The notes under the pieces: model-generated
Databases searched by the model: none
What the model was told of the DNA's origin: nothing
What the model saw: only the letters and a program-made list of their open reading frames with translations
From: Gammaproteobacteria bacterium
Lineage (GTDB): Bacteria > Pseudomonadota > Gammaproteobacteria > VBWC01
NCBI GenBank assembly: GCA_006218035.1
Contig: VBWC01000006.1
Coordinates: 6,266 to 70,265 of the forward strand
Length of the DNA: 64,000 bases
Reading direction: 5' to 3'
Position numbers and translations under genes: made by a program
Shown here: piece after piece, positions 22,065 to 32,865 of the stretch
Position numbering within the stretch: position 1 is the stretch's first letter
Layout of the letters: each line of letters begins with the position of its first letter

Positions 22065-23177
22065 ATGCAGCGGAACAAAATGAAACGGCGGCAGTTCGTC
22101 AAGACGCTGGGCGCGGGCACGCTGCTGGGTGGCAGCGTATTCTCAGGCGCCGGCGCCGCTGCCGAACAACGATTCAACTGGAAACTGGTTACCACCTGGC
22201 CGCCGAATTTCCCGGTGTTCCAGGACGGTGTCGAGCGTTTCGCCAAAGACGTCCGGCGCATGAGCGACGGCCGGCTGAACATCCAGGTATTTGCCGGCGG
22301 TGAACTGGTGCCGCCGCTGCAATCGTTCGAGGCGGTGTCGCAAGGCACCGTCGAGATGGGGCACGGTGCCGCGTATTACTGGGCCGGCAAGATACCCGCC
22401 GCACAGTTTTTTACCGCAGTGCCGTTTGGCCTGAATGCGCAGGGCATGAACGCGTGGCTATACAGTGGCGGCGGGCTCAAGCTGTGGCGCGAGGTTTATG
22501 AACCGTTTGGTCTGACGCCGTTCCCGATGGGCAACACCGGCGTACAGATGGGCGGCTGGTTTCGCAAGCCGATCAAATCGCTCGCCGACCTGAAGGGTCT
22601 GAAGATGCGCATACCCGGCCTCGGCGGTAAGGTCATGGCCAAGGCCGGCGTGAATCCGGTGTTGCTCGCCGGCGGCGAGATTTTTACCGCGCTGGATCGT
22701 GGCACGATCGACGCGACCGAGTGGGTCGGGCCCTATCATGATCTGCGCCTCGGGCTGTATCGCGCGGCGAAACATTACTACTATCCAGGTTGGCACGAAC
22801 CGGGCCCGGTGCTGGAATTGATTATTAACAGCAAGGCATGGGAAGGCCTGCCCCGCGAACTGCAACTGACGATAGAGACCGCGACCGCCGCAAGCAATCT
22901 GTGGATGCTCTCGGAATTCGAGGCGCGCAACCTCGAGGCCTTACGAACGTTGCAAGAGAAGTACCATGTTGAGGTTCTGGAATTTCCGTCGGATGTCCTG
23001 GCCGCGTTGCGCGAGTTTGCCGACGTCGTTCTCGACGAACAGGCCGCCAAGGACGAGGTGTTCAGGCGAGTGCGTGACGCCTATCGTGCGTTTCAGGCCG
23101 ACAATGCCGCGTGGAATGCGGTTTCCGAAACCGCTTATGCAAGATCACTGCGCAAGATAAAAGCAGGAATGCTGTAG
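22065..23177 (+). CDS. TRAP transporter substrate-binding protein (DctP, TakP-like), Tat-exported
   Basis: MKRRQFVK Tat motif; GNTGVQMGGWFRK, KMRIPGLGG, EWVGPYHD, YYPGWHEPG. Confidence 0.93.
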   Translation: MQRNKMKRRQFVKTLGAGTLLGGSVFSGAGAAAEQRFNWKLVTTWPPNFPVFQDGVERFAKDVRRMSDGRLNIQVFAGGELVPPLQSFEAVSQGTVEMGHGAAYYWAGKIPAAQFFTAVPFGLNAQGMNAWLYSGGGLKLWREVYEPFGLTPFPMGNTGVQMGGWFRKPIKSLADLKGLKMRIPGLGGKVMAKAGVNPVLLAGGEIFTALDRGTIDATEWVGPYHDLRLGLYRAAKHYYYPGWHEPGPVLELIINSKAWEGLPRELQLTIETATAASNLWMLSEFEARNLEALRTLQEKYHVEVLEFPSDVLAALREFADVVLDEQAAKDEVFRRVRDAYRAFQADNAAWNAVSETAYARSLRKIKAGML

Positions 23178-23214
23178 TCCGCCGACCGTTACGGCGGCTG
23201 TAGCGCGGGGTGCA

Positions 23215-24142
23215 CCACGACGGATTTTGCGCCGGGTCAAAAAATGCCGCTCAGTTGACCAGTGCGTCCGGGTTCATGCCCACGGTCGGCGCCGCTGCCG
23301 GACCATCGGCGTAATAGGTCCAGGTGCCGCGAGACTGGCCGGGCCCCGCTCCCGCGCTCCATGTATGGGCGCCCGCCGTGATGCGCGATGTCTGCGAGTC
23401 GGTGTGAATATCGAAATCGCCATCGCCGCCTACCGGGCCGGGTGTGGCGGCAATCGGGGCGTCCGGTCCCAGTAGCGTCAACGTGTTGTTGTTATTGGCC
23501 GGGTCGATCGCGGTCTTGTCGGTAAACGTCTTGTTGCTCATGTCGTTCATGAAGGTCAGTGACATCTCGTTCGCCACGTTATAGCGCTGCTCGATTTTCG
23601 GCTTCCGATCCAGTTCTGTCTTGTAAAACTGTTCGCAGCCGGCCGCGTTGACGGCGCAATCGCCATTTGCGGCCAGATCGCCGTGTGCCTGGTGCATGAC
23701 CACGCGCTCGATGTTGGCGGTGCCGTTGCCGGAGATGGCGGGATCACTGTTCAACGGGTCGGAACGCGCATTGAGCGCGCCCGCGCTTGCGGTACCCTGC
23801 CCGCCCTGCCATACCGCGCCGCCCTGCCAGATATACATGTCGAGCACGAACCCGGAGCCGGGCGAGCCGACGATCTGATGGTAATAGGTCAGCGTGCCGT
23901 CGCTGACGATCTCGCTGAAGAACGGCGTGACGTTGTCGGTCTGGCCGCCCGCCTGATTGCCGCATATTGATATTGGCGTAACCGCTGATATTGCAGCGGG
24001 CCTCGAGGTTGCCGGCGACGTTGTCGATGTCGTCCGGCACGAAATCGAGGGCGAACGGTCCGGCCACAGCTCGGCCGGGAAGGTATAGGGCTGCGCCCGC
24101 CACCATCAACGCCAGTGCCACCTTATTGAATAGTGTCAGCAC
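23215..24142 (-). pseudogene. Broken paralog of the adjacent secreted hypothetical protein
   Basis: Aligns along its length with 24327-25289; extra base near 23965; TGA at 23253-23251 where the paralog has Trp, with homology continuing (AAFFDPAQNPSW). Confidence 0.8.
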
Positions 24143-24326
24143 GTCAAACCGCTGGTTCGCGGCGGCGCCCGAACGGGGGTCGCGGGGCACTTGATGTCCA
24201 TACGTTTTGTAGCGACGGACAGGGAACGGCTGTTAGGTACCGTTGAAACGCGGGCTTTTGTTCGAGAAAACAACAGGGTTCGGCGGGTAGCCGATGGCGC
24301 CCGGCCGTCGCGACGGGCGGAAACGG

Positions 24327-25289
24327 TTATTGAGGCTGGTTTTCGGGATAGCCCCAGGCGGGGTTCTGCGTGGGGTCGTAGAACGATTCCCAGTCGATAT
24401 CATGGATGACCGGGTCAAAGCCGAAGGTCGGCGCGGCCGACGGGCCGTCGGCATAGTACGTCCATATGCCGTTGGCTCCGTTATTGAAGGAGCCCGGCGT
24501 AAATGTGTAGGCGCCGGCGGTTACGCGCACTTTCTGCCCGTTGACGTGTATATCGAAGTCACCATCGCCGCCGAGCGGACCGGACGGCGCCTCATTGCCC
24601 GGTGCGTCGGGTCCTTTGAGTTCCAGTATATTGGTATTGCGGCTGGGATCGATCGCGGTCCGGTCGGTCAGCGATTTGTTACGCATGTCGTTCATGAAGA
24701 CCAGCAGCATCTCGTTCGGCATGTTGTACCGCTGGTCGATCAGCGGCTTCATCGTGAACTCGTCTTTGATAAATTGCTGACAAACTGCGGCCGCGGCGAT
24801 ACACGAGCCGCTACTATCCATGTCGCCGATCACCTGACGCACCAGGGTTAACGTGACGTTCGCGGTGCCGTTACCGGAGAGGCTCGGGTCACTGTTGAGC
24901 GGGTCGCGGTTCGCGGTGAGTTCGCCCGCACTGGCTGTTCCGAGGCCGCCCTGCCAGTTACGCGGGCCGAGCCCGATAAAGGTTTCCTGGACGAACTCTT
25001 CTCCGGGCAGGCCGATGATCGAGTGGTAGAACGCACCTATGTCGGTGCTGAGTACTTCATTGAAAAACGGTGTGACGGTATCAGCCTGCCCGCCGGATTG
25101 ATTGGCACAATTGATTTGCTGTCCCGGGCGATTGCAGTTGGATTCCAGCACGCCGCCGCGGAACTCGACAGGATTGACAGGCTGAAAGTTGAGTTCAAAC
25201 GTGGCCGCGCCGGCTGATGACACCGACACGATCAACAGCAATGAAACAACATGCCCGCCAAACGGCAACATTGATGTTTGTCCCCTCAC
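24327..25289 (-). CDS. Secreted hypothetical protein, family not recognised
   Basis: Signal peptide (..SSAGA), Gly/Asn/Asp-rich, two Cys pairs; similarity to neighbour supports coding. Confidence 0.8.
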   Translation of the reverse strand: MRGQTSMLPFGGHVVSLLLIVSVSSAGAATFELNFQPVNPVEFRGGVLESNCNRPGQQINCANQSGGQADTVTPFFNEVLSTDIGAFYHSIIGLPGEEFVQETFIGLGPRNWQGGLGTASAGELTANRDPLNSDPSLSGNGTANVTLTLVRQVIGDMDSSGSCIAAAAVCQQFIKDEFTMKPLIDQRYNMPNEMLLVFMNDMRNKSLTDRTAIDPSRNTNILELKGPDAPGNEAPSGPLGGDGDFDIHVNGQKVRVTAGAYTFTPGSFNNGANGIWTYYADGPSAAPTFGFDPVIHDIDWESFYDPTQNPAWGYPENQPQ

Positions 25290-25450
25290 CGTAAGTGTGT
25301 AACATTACCCGGGCAGAAAGTCAACAATTCATTGAAAGCAAACAACTATTCGTTCTCTTGGGGATTCTGTCGAATTTGGCCGGCGCCTTCACGATCTGCC
25401 GCCGCTTGTCCCGGCAGGGTCAGTTTTCTTAAGATCACATAACACAACGG

Positions 25451-25702
25451 CTAACGGTGCCGTTCGCGTGCCTCGTTAACTCTCAGGTTGCGGCCGCCGA
25501 ACTCCTTGCCATTGAGCGCATCGATTGCGGCAAAGGCCCCATGATTCTCCATTTCAACGAAACAGTATCCGCGGGGTTTGCCTGTATCGGGATCGGTAAT
25601 CATTTTCACCGTTCGTACCGCGCCGTGTTTCGTAAATAGTTCGCGAATGTCGTCCTCGGTCGCGCTAAAGGGCAGGTTCCCGACATATACGGATTTAAAC
25701 AT
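25451..25702 (-). CDS. Single-RRM RNA-binding protein
   Basis: RNP2 VYVGNL, RNP1 RGYCFVEM, LRVNEA. Confidence 0.95.
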   Translation of the reverse strand: MFKSVYVGNLPFSATEDDIRELFTKHGAVRTVKMITDPDTGKPRGYCFVEMENHGAFAAIDALNGKEFGGRNLRVNEARERHR

Positions 25703-26042
25703 GCTTATCTGTCCACCATGGTTAACAATAACAAGTTCCGACTTGCCGCCTGGCGACAAGTCCGGAGGCCTGTGTGGTTCATCCGCTGAGCCAGGTCGTG
25801 AGTTTGATCAGGTATGTATCAGGCTAAACCAGCTTTTTATAACCGTGTGATTGGGCTGTCAAGTCGAAAATGGCGTATTCACTGGCTGTGCGGAGGGGCG
25901 GTCATATAAATTAACCCGGTCGGCACGTTCTGGTATATGGTTATCGTTACCGACGGTCGTTGAAAGCCGCAGATCAATTGCGGTCTGGATACTCGGGGAT
26001 CAGCAGATTGCTTGTCATTCCGGATCAATCGAAAGGCATGAG

Positions 26043-27167
26043 ATGACCAGAGATCCGCTTGCCGAAAACCGGGTGTTGCGCCATCGTCTGGAAGAGCTGA
26101 TGACCCAGGCGCGACACAACGAGCGCAAGATGCGTCGCTTCCAGGCGCAGGAACTCAAGCTCATCGGTCTCAATTCGCTCTTCGAGTTGATCGAGACGAT
26201 TCTCTATCCGGACCGCAGCGCATTCGATTGGGATCTCGTGACGCTGTGGTTGCTGGATACGGAATATGAAATCCGGCGCGCGCTTGAGGAAGAAGGTGTC
26301 GACCTGAAAGCACATCCGTCGTTGATGTTTGCGCGCGATCGCGATGACCTCGACTCACTGTATCCGATATCCCTGTTTCCGACGCTCGGGGCATACAAGG
26401 GGAAAATCCACGAGGCGCTTTTTCCAAAGTCCCTCGGCACGCCGGGGAGCGTTGCGCTGTTACCGCTGGTACGCCACGGCAAGCTGTTCGGCAGCCTGAA
26501 CGTCGGCAGTTTTTATTCGGAGCGATTTGTCCGGGGTTTCCGCACGGATTTTCTCGAGCACCTGGCGGCGGTGGTGTCTATCTGCCTGGAGAATGCGGTC
26601 AACCTGGAGCGCATCAAGCGTCTCGGCCTGACGGACACGCTTACGGCGATCAATAACCGGCGTTACTTCGATCAGCGTCTGACGGAAGAGGTCGGTCATT
26701 CGATGCGCAATGCACAGCCGCTCTCGTGTCTGTTACTCGATATTGATCACTTTAAGAACGTCAACGACTCCTACGGCCATCAGACCGGCGATGAAGTGCT
26801 GCGCGAGGTAGCCGCGCTGAGTCGCGCACAGTTGCGCAGCAGTGATGTTTTGTCACGCTACGGCGGTGAGGAGTTCGCGGCACTACTGGTCCACACGAAC
26901 ACCGAAAAAGCGCTGGAGGTGGCGGAACGTGTCCGTGAAACCATCGAGGGCTATCGCTTTTGTGGGCCGGGCGGCGCCGGTTTCCGTGTCACGTTGTCGA
27001 TAGGCACCGCGACATTTGATCCCGGGTCCGACCGGGCGGGACTGGGTATACGCGGCGAGCATTTGCTCGGGTATGCCGACAAGGCGCTCTATGAAGCCAA
27101 GGCGGGCGGCAGGAACTGCGTGGTATGCGCCGGCAATATTTCGGTCGCGGCGGAGGAATGCATGTAG
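26043..27167 (+). CDS. Diguanylate cyclase with N-terminal DUF484/GAF-like domain
   Basis: [25 protein letters not shown]-site, RYGGEEF. Confidence 0.93.
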   Translation: MTRDPLAENRVLRHRLEELMTQARHNERKMRRFQAQELKLIGLNSLFELIETILYPDRSAFDWDLVTLWLLDTEYEIRRALEEEGVDLKAHPSLMFARDRDDLDSLYPISLFPTLGAYKGKIHEALFPKSLGTPGSVALLPLVRHGKLFGSLNVGSFYSERFVRGFRTDFLEHLAAVVSICLENAVNLERIKRLGLTDTLTAINNRRYFDQRLTEEVGHSMRNAQPLSCLLLDIDHFKNVNDSYGHQTGDEVLREVAALSRAQLRSSDVLSRYGGEEFAALLVHTNTEKALEVAERVRETIEGYRFCGPGGAGFRVTLSIGTATFDPGSDRAGLGIRGEHLLGYADKALYEAKAGGRNCVVCAGNISVAAEECM

Positions 27168-27244
27168 CGGCGAAACCGCTGGTTTCGCAATCTGTGGAAC
27201 CTTTCCTGCAAAAGAAATGTTACACTTTCGCCGGGGTTAAAATA

Positions 27245-27790
27245 ATGTCGGCAATGCGAGCGACCAATCTGAAATTCAGTCATAAAAACAGCTTCACCCG
27301 CGAAGAACTGTTGGCGTGTGGCCGTGGCGAACTTTTCGGGCCGGGAAACGCGTTGTTGCCGCAACCACCGATGCTGATGTTTGATCGCATCGTCGATATA
27401 TCGCTGGACGGTGGCGCCTATGGTAAGGGGCAGGCGGTGGCCGAACTCGGTATTGATCCCGACCTGTGGTTTTTCAAATGCCATTTCCAGGGTGATCCGG
27501 TGATGCCGGGTTGTCTCGGTGTGGACGCGCTGTGGCAACTGGTCGGGTTCTATCTCGGCTGGCTCGGCAGTCCCGGCCGCGGCCGGGCACTGGGCACCGG
27601 CGAGGTCAAGTTCAGTGGCCAGGTGACGCCGAAAAACCGTTTGGTTACCTACCGAATCGATCTGAAACGCGTGATTACCCGAAAGGTGTGCATGGGTATC
27701 GCCGACGGTGCCGTGGAAGTCGACGGGCGTGCGATCTACGCCGCCAAGGATCTGCGTGTGGGGCTTTTTACGTCAACCGAAAATTTCTAG
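27245..27790 (+). CDS. fabA: 3-hydroxydecanoyl-ACP dehydratase/isomerase
   Basis: [29 protein letters not shown]; exact start uncertain. Confidence 0.97.
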   Translation: MSAMRATNLKFSHKNSFTREELLACGRGELFGPGNALLPQPPMLMFDRIVDISLDGGAYGKGQAVAELGIDPDLWFFKCHFQGDPVMPGCLGVDALWQLVGFYLGWLGSPGRGRALGTGEVKFSGQVTPKNRLVTYRIDLKRVITRKVCMGIADGAVEVDGRAIYAAKDLRVGLFTSTENF

Positions 27791-27800
27791 GGTTACATCC

Positions 27801-29018
27801 GTGAGACGTGTCGTCATCACCGGCCTCGGAATCGTATCCAGTATAGGCAATAACAAACAGGAAGTGCTGGCGTCTCTGCAACAGGGTCGCTCCGGCATCG
27901 AGTTTACCCAGGAGTACACGGAGCTTGGTTTCCGCTCGCACGTCTGCGGGCCGATGCGCATCAATACGGATGAACTGATCGACCGCAAAATCCGGCGTTT
28001 CATGGGCGACGGAGCGGCATTCAATTATCTGGCGATGCAACAGGCGATCGCCGATTCCGGTCTTGGTGACGGCGATATTTCGAACCGGCGCACGGGCTTG
28101 ATCATGGGTTCCGGCGGGCCATCGACGGAAAACATCGTGCAGGCGGCGGATCTGTTGCGCAGCAAGGGGCTACGCAAGGTGGGTCCATACATGGTGCCGC
28201 GTACGATGTCGAGTACGACCTCGGCGTGTCTGGCGACACCGTTCAAAATCAAGGGCGTCAATTATTCGATCAGTTCCGCCTGCGCAACCAGCTCGCACTG
28301 CATAGGCAATGGCAGCGAACTGATCCAGTACGGCAAGCAAGACATCGTATTCGCCGGCGGCGGCGAAGAAGTTCACTGGTCGTTATCGGTGATGTTCGAT
28401 GCGATGGGTGCGCTGTCGTCCAAATACAATGACGCGCCGACGACGGCGTCGCGTCCGTATGATGCGACCCGCGACGGATTTGTGATTTCCGGCGGAGGCG
28501 GTGTCGTAGTGCTCGAAGAACTCGAACATGCCCGGCGGCGTGGAGCCCGGATCTATGCGGAACTGGTTGGCTACGGCGCAACGTCGGACGGTTATGACAT
28601 GGTCCAGCCGTCGGGTGAAGGCGCGGTGCGCTGCATGCAGCAAGCGCTGGAGACCGTCGATACGCCGATTGATTATATCAATGCCCACGGCACCAGCACG
28701 CCGGCGGGCGATATCACCGAGTTGCGCGCCGTCAGCGAGGTATTCGGGGCAGCTCGGCCGCCGCTCTCGTCGACAAAATCGCTGACCGGTCACGCGCTCG
28801 GCGCCGCGGGTGTGCATGAAGCCATCTACAGTTTGCTGATGATGGAAAACAGTTTTATCGCGGCGTCCGCCAATATCACTGAACTCGATCCGGCTGCCGA
28901 CGGCTATCCGATCGTCACCAAACGGCGCGATGGCGTCGCACTGACCACCGTGATGAGCAACAGCTTCGGTTTTGGCGGAACAAACGCTACGCTGGTGTTC
29001 CGCAAGGTCACGCGCTAG
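27801..29018 (+). CDS. fabB: Beta-ketoacyl-ACP synthase I
   Basis: [26 protein letters not shown]; follows fabA. Confidence 0.97.
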   Translation: MRRVVITGLGIVSSIGNNKQEVLASLQQGRSGIEFTQEYTELGFRSHVCGPMRINTDELIDRKIRRFMGDGAAFNYLAMQQAIADSGLGDGDISNRRTGLIMGSGGPSTENIVQAADLLRSKGLRKVGPYMVPRTMSSTTSACLATPFKIKGVNYSISSACATSSHCIGNGSELIQYGKQDIVFAGGGEEVHWSLSVMFDAMGALSSKYNDAPTTASRPYDATRDGFVISGGGGVVVLEELEHARRRGARIYAELVGYGATSDGYDMVQPSGEGAVRCMQQALETVDTPIDYINAHGTSTPAGDITELRAVSEVFGAARPPLSSTKSLTGHALGAAGVHEAIYSLLMMENSFIAASANITELDPAADGYPIVTKRRDGVALTTVMSNSFGFGGTNATLVFRKVTR

Positions 29019-29380
29019 TCGCCGGCTGCGCGCTGGGCGCTGTCCAGATTCACACCGCTTAAATCCGCCGCCGCGCCGATATCGGTGCCGAAAAGCCTCG
29101 TTCCCAGCACGATTGCATCACGCATAACCGCGCCGGTGAGCCGCGCTCCCGAGAGGTCGGCGAACGCGAGATTCGCCCGGCTCAGATTCGCGCCGCTTAA
29201 ATCAGCAAGGCGCAGATCGGCGTTGGCGAGATCGGCGCCGGACAGGTCCGCATTGCGCAGGTCGATCTGGATCAGATTCGCCTCCTTCAGATCGAGGCCC
29301 GCCAGACAGGCGCCGGACAAGGTTTCAGCGTCTACTCTCGCCAGTGCCGTAAAGCCCTTTCTATCGTAGATCGTGATCAT
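29015..29380 (-). CDS. Pentapeptide repeat protein
   Basis: A(D/N)Lxx repeats; ATGA overlap with upstream kinase. Confidence 0.85.
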   Translation of the reverse strand: MITIYDRKGFTALARVDAETLSGACLAGLDLKEANLIQIDLRNADLSGADLANADLRLADLSGANLSRANLAFADLSGARLTGAVMRDAIVLGTRLFGTDIGAAADLSGVNLDSAQRAAGD

Positions 29381-30252
29381 TGTTTGTGTGACCGCAGATC
29401 GAATCCTGTCTGGCCGCATTTTTTCCCCGCCAGTTGGCAGCCTTGTTCCAGCGCAGCAGCCATATCCAGACCGCGTACGCGCGCATCGATATATCCGGCG
29501 ATGAACGTATCGCCGGCACCGACGGTGTCGACCATCTGCAGCGGCGGACAGGCGGGCCGGTGGATCAGGTCGCCGGTTTCGTCGATGCCGTACGCGCCCT
29601 GCACGCCCCAGGTACAAACCAGTTCCGTGACCGGCCGCCGCTGGTGCGCGGTCGCCAGAAATTCCTCCGGGCCGCCGGCCCCCGCCGCGGTAACGTACGG
29701 CGTTGAGAAGAACAATACCGCGGGACCGTCGAACAACGATTCAATGCCGTTGCGGTGTTTCTCGATTTCCACGGATATCGGCGGCGGGTCCGCCAGCCGT
29801 CGCACATGGTCGAGCATTTGCCTAGCTTCAGGCACATTGCGTCCCTCAAAATGCAGCCAGTCGAACGCGGACAGGTCGATTTTTGCGAAGTCCCCGAAAC
29901 TGAATTCAATCAGGTCACGGTAGTGAACAATCGTGCGCGTACCGTTGCGGCGATTCAGCGTGATATACGAGGTTGGCACCTTGCCGGTCGATGCCAGCCG
30001 CACGGTATCCATTTCGATGCCGAAACCGGCCAAGTCATCCCGTATCACCCGGGCCTCAGGTCCATCGGTCAGCACGCCACCCCAGCAACACCGGTGCCCA
30101 AGCTGGCTGAGTACGACCAGCGTGTTGGTGACGTTGCCGCCCCGCGCGATGCGCTGTTCCAGCGCGCGCACTTCATCATCTTCCCGCGGATAATCCGCGA
30201 CCGTATTGATGATATCGAGCGCTGCGATACCAATGCCGAGTATGCGTGCCAT
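29377..30252 (-). CDS. PfkB-family kinase, ketohexokinase-like
   Basis: RGGNVTNT, WLHFEGRN, DTVGAGDTF. Confidence 0.9.
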   Translation of the reverse strand: MARILGIGIAALDIINTVADYPREDDEVRALEQRIARGGNVTNTLVVLSQLGHRCCWGGVLTDGPEARVIRDDLAGFGIEMDTVRLASTGKVPTSYITLNRRNGTRTIVHYRDLIEFSFGDFAKIDLSAFDWLHFEGRNVPEARQMLDHVRRLADPPPISVEIEKHRNGIESLFDGPAVLFFSTPYVTAAGAGGPEEFLATAHQRRPVTELVCTWGVQGAYGIDETGDLIHRPACPPLQMVDTVGAGDTFIAGYIDARVRGLDMAAALEQGCQLAGKKCGQTGFDLRSHKQ

Positions 30253-30280
30253 GGTGGGCCGATTTGAACGCGGCCGGCCG

Positions 30281-30580
30281 TCAGCCCGGTTTCTTCTTCA
30301 GGCAGCACATTGGAACGTAATTCAGGCTGATCAGCTCGATCACCAGCCAGCATGGGAACAAATAAATCAGGTTCCAGTAGTTGCCGGTGAAATGGGCGAT
30401 CGAGGGCCACCAGATCACATTCCAGATATGGAAAAAGTACACTACAACCATTAGATAGGGGTTCGCGCACAAACGCGTGCCGCAACTGGAGCAATGTGTC
30501 GTGAGCCAGAGATCCAGCCGGAATTTGTCACGCAGTAAAACGGTCTCTTTCTGGCAGCGTGGACACGCAAAACCGGGCAT
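30281..30580 (-). CDS. Small membrane protein with CxxC-x20-CxxC zinc ribbon
   Basis: CPRC, 20 residues, CSSC, then two hydrophobic segments. Confidence 0.7.
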   Translation of the reverse strand: MPGFACPRCQKETVLLRDKFRLDLWLTTHCSSCGTRLCANPYLMVVVYFFHIWNVIWWPSIAHFTGNYWNLIYLFPCWLVIELISLNYVPMCCLKKKPG

Positions 30581-30705
30581 GTACCGTTTCTCCGCGAGTG
30601 ATTAACCTTTACGGTGGCAGCGTGGCGCAAAGTCCCCCGCTGCTCCCGCTGCCGGAATTGGTACAATTATAGCGGCTTTCATTAATAAGGCGACAGGCAA
30701 AAACG

Positions 30706-31248
30706 ATGATACGAATCGTGCAATGGATGACCAGTATGCTGCTGTTGGGGGCGCTGTATGGTTGCGACGGCAATACGCCGTTAATGAAGGACGTGGTTGG
30801 CGGCGATGCCGAGCAGGTAGCGGCCGCCATGCGCGCCGGTGCCGACGTCAACGCACAGAACAACTATGGCTGGACGGCGTTGATGCACGCGGCGCGTGCC
30901 GGGAACACGCCGCTGGTACTATTGTTGCTGGCCAATGGCGCGGCCGTCGACGCCCGCGACAATGACGGCTGGACAGCGCTGATGCGCGCCGCCGAGAAAG
31001 GCCGTGTCGCCGCCGTCGCGACGTTGCTTGAGCATGGCGCCGATGTCAACGCGCGTAACAAGGCGGACTGGACACCGTTGCATTGGGCGGCAGTACAAGG
31101 ACATGAACAGGTGGTACGTGTATTGCTGGATGCCGGTGCCGACGTGAAGATCAAAAACAGCAGTGGCTGGACCGCGTGGATGGGAGCAATACGTGAAGAG
31201 CATGCCGGCATCATCGCCATGCTGGAGCAGGCCGGCGCGCGTGAATGA
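30706..31248 (+). CDS. Ankyrin-repeat lipoprotein
   Basis: Lipobox-like LYGC; GWTALMxAA...LLxxGADVNA repeats. Confidence 0.92.
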   Translation: MIRIVQWMTSMLLLGALYGCDGNTPLMKDVVGGDAEQVAAAMRAGADVNAQNNYGWTALMHAARAGNTPLVLLLLANGAAVDARDNDGWTALMRAAEKGRVAAVATLLEHGADVNARNKADWTPLHWAAVQGHEQVVRVLLDAGADVKIKNSSGWTAWMGAIREEHAGIIAMLEQAGARE

Positions 31249-31274
31249 CGAGGCGTTGGTTCGATATCAGCGGC

Positions 31275-31682
31275 TCAGTTGCTGATATGCAGGACGATTT
31301 CCCGTTGTGCTCCGGTGTGACGATGCTCCCACAGGTAGATACCTTGCCAGATGCCAAGGGCGAGCCGTCCGCCCACTATCGGAATCGACAGGCTCGTGGC
31401 GGTTAACGCCGACTTGATATGAGACGGCATGTCGTCGGGCCCCTCGCTGGTGTGGGTATAAAGCGGGTCATTTTCCCTGGCCAACCGGTTGAACCACCTT
31501 TCCAGATCGTGTTGTGCCGACGGATCCGCGTTCTCCTGTATGGTCAGGCTTGCCGACGTATGCCGGATAAACACCGTGCACAAACCATCGTCGATACCGA
31601 ACGGGCCTATCGCCACGTCGATACTTCCGGTGATGTCGTGCAGCCCCTGTCGGTTGGTCTGAACCACGAACTGCTTGATCAC
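31275..31682 (-). CDS. yjbQ: YjbQ (UPF0047) family protein
   Basis: HTSASLTIQENADP, EGPDDMPSHIK, LGIWQGIYLWEHR. Confidence 0.93.
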   Translation of the reverse strand: MIKQFVVQTNRQGLHDITGSIDVAIGPFGIDDGLCTVFIRHTSASLTIQENADPSAQHDLERWFNRLARENDPLYTHTSEGPDDMPSHIKSALTATSLSIPIVGGRLALGIWQGIYLWEHRHTGAQREIVLHISN

Positions 31683-31794
31683 GTATAGTCCTCACGCCTG
31701 CCCTGGATGGCGGGTATATTTATTTCCGCAGGTTAATATCCGGGGATTCGTGCGCCTATAATATCTGCATTTGGAATAGACCGGGGTCGCAGGT

Positions 31795-32865
31795 ATGAAT
31801 AGCAAGACGGGTAAAAAACTGCTCTTGTCCGGCACGGTGATCGTCGCCGGAGTCATCGCGCTAGCCGCCGTTGGGTCAAGCGCCGCGGTTACCCCGTCTG
31901 CGGCCGATAGCGATATTCATCACGAGGCACGGCGAAACTGCGTTTCATGTCACGAAAGCGGGGTTGCCGATGCGGCGCTTCAGGATAACAGCGGCAAATG
32001 CGCCGCCTGCCATCCGGCATCGTTTATCAAGGCGTCCACGGCCAGGGCAATAAAGGAGCAGACTGCCACGAAGGTCATGCCGGCGCCCAGTGACGATCTG
32101 CTGCCGGGCATGTCGGTACCGATGTATTACCCGCAGACGCGTATTGGCGCGGATCCCAATCCGATGGTCCGGATTCAGGCCGGAGAATTCACCATGGGCA
32201 GCGACAATCGGCTGCCGGACGAAGGGCCGGCCCATATCGTCAATCTGAAAGCATTCATGATCGATCGATACGAAGTGACCAATCTGCAATACAAGCAATT
32301 CATCGACGCGACCAGCCACCGTTCACCTTCGCATTTTCGCAATCGCACGTTTCCGCCGGGCAAGGCCGATCATCCGGTCACCTTCGTTTCCTGGTATGAC
32401 GCGACAGATTACTGCGCCTGGGCCGGCAAGCGGTTGCCGACGGATGCCGAATGGGAAAAGGCGGCGCGTGGCACTGACCGGCGCACCTTCGCCTGGGGGA
32501 ATGAATTCGATACCAACAACGCCAATACGCCAGTGCGTTGGGAACGTTTGAAACTCGAGGGCGATACCACGCCGGTCGGCGCATTCGCGGCAGGTGCGAG
32601 TTCCTACGGTGTTTATGATATGTCGGGCAACGTCTGGGAATGGACGTCGTCATGGTATCTCGCCTATCCGGGGAATACGCGGGCAACGGAAAATTACGGT
32701 GAGAAATACAAGACCCTGAAAGGCGGCTCGTGGTGGGATTGCTCTTTCTATCAGTGCGGCATATCGGCGCCGGTGTTCAATCGCAGTTTTTTCAACGCCA
32801 ATGTGAAGAACTCCAGTTTCGGCTTCCGCTGCGCCCAGGACGTTACGGACAACGTGGCATCGTGA
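31795..32865 (+). CDS. Exported di-haem c / FGE-sulfatase (SUMF1) fold fusion
   Basis: Signal/TM; CVSCH and CAACH; YEVTN, RLPTDAEWEKAARG, DMSGNVWEW, GGSWWDCSFYQC, GFRCA. Confidence 0.9.
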   Translation: MNSKTGKKLLLSGTVIVAGVIALAAVGSSAAVTPSAADSDIHHEARRNCVSCHESGVADAALQDNSGKCAACHPASFIKASTARAIKEQTATKVMPAPSDDLLPGMSVPMYYPQTRIGADPNPMVRIQAGEFTMGSDNRLPDEGPAHIVNLKAFMIDRYEVTNLQYKQFIDATSHRSPSHFRNRTFPPGKADHPVTFVSWYDATDYCAWAGKRLPTDAEWEKAARGTDRRTFAWGNEFDTNNANTPVRWERLKLEGDTTPVGAFAAGASSYGVYDMSGNVWEWTSSWYLAYPGNTRATENYGEKYKTLKGGSWWDCSFYQCGISAPVFNRSFFNANVKNSSFGFRCAQDVTDNVAS

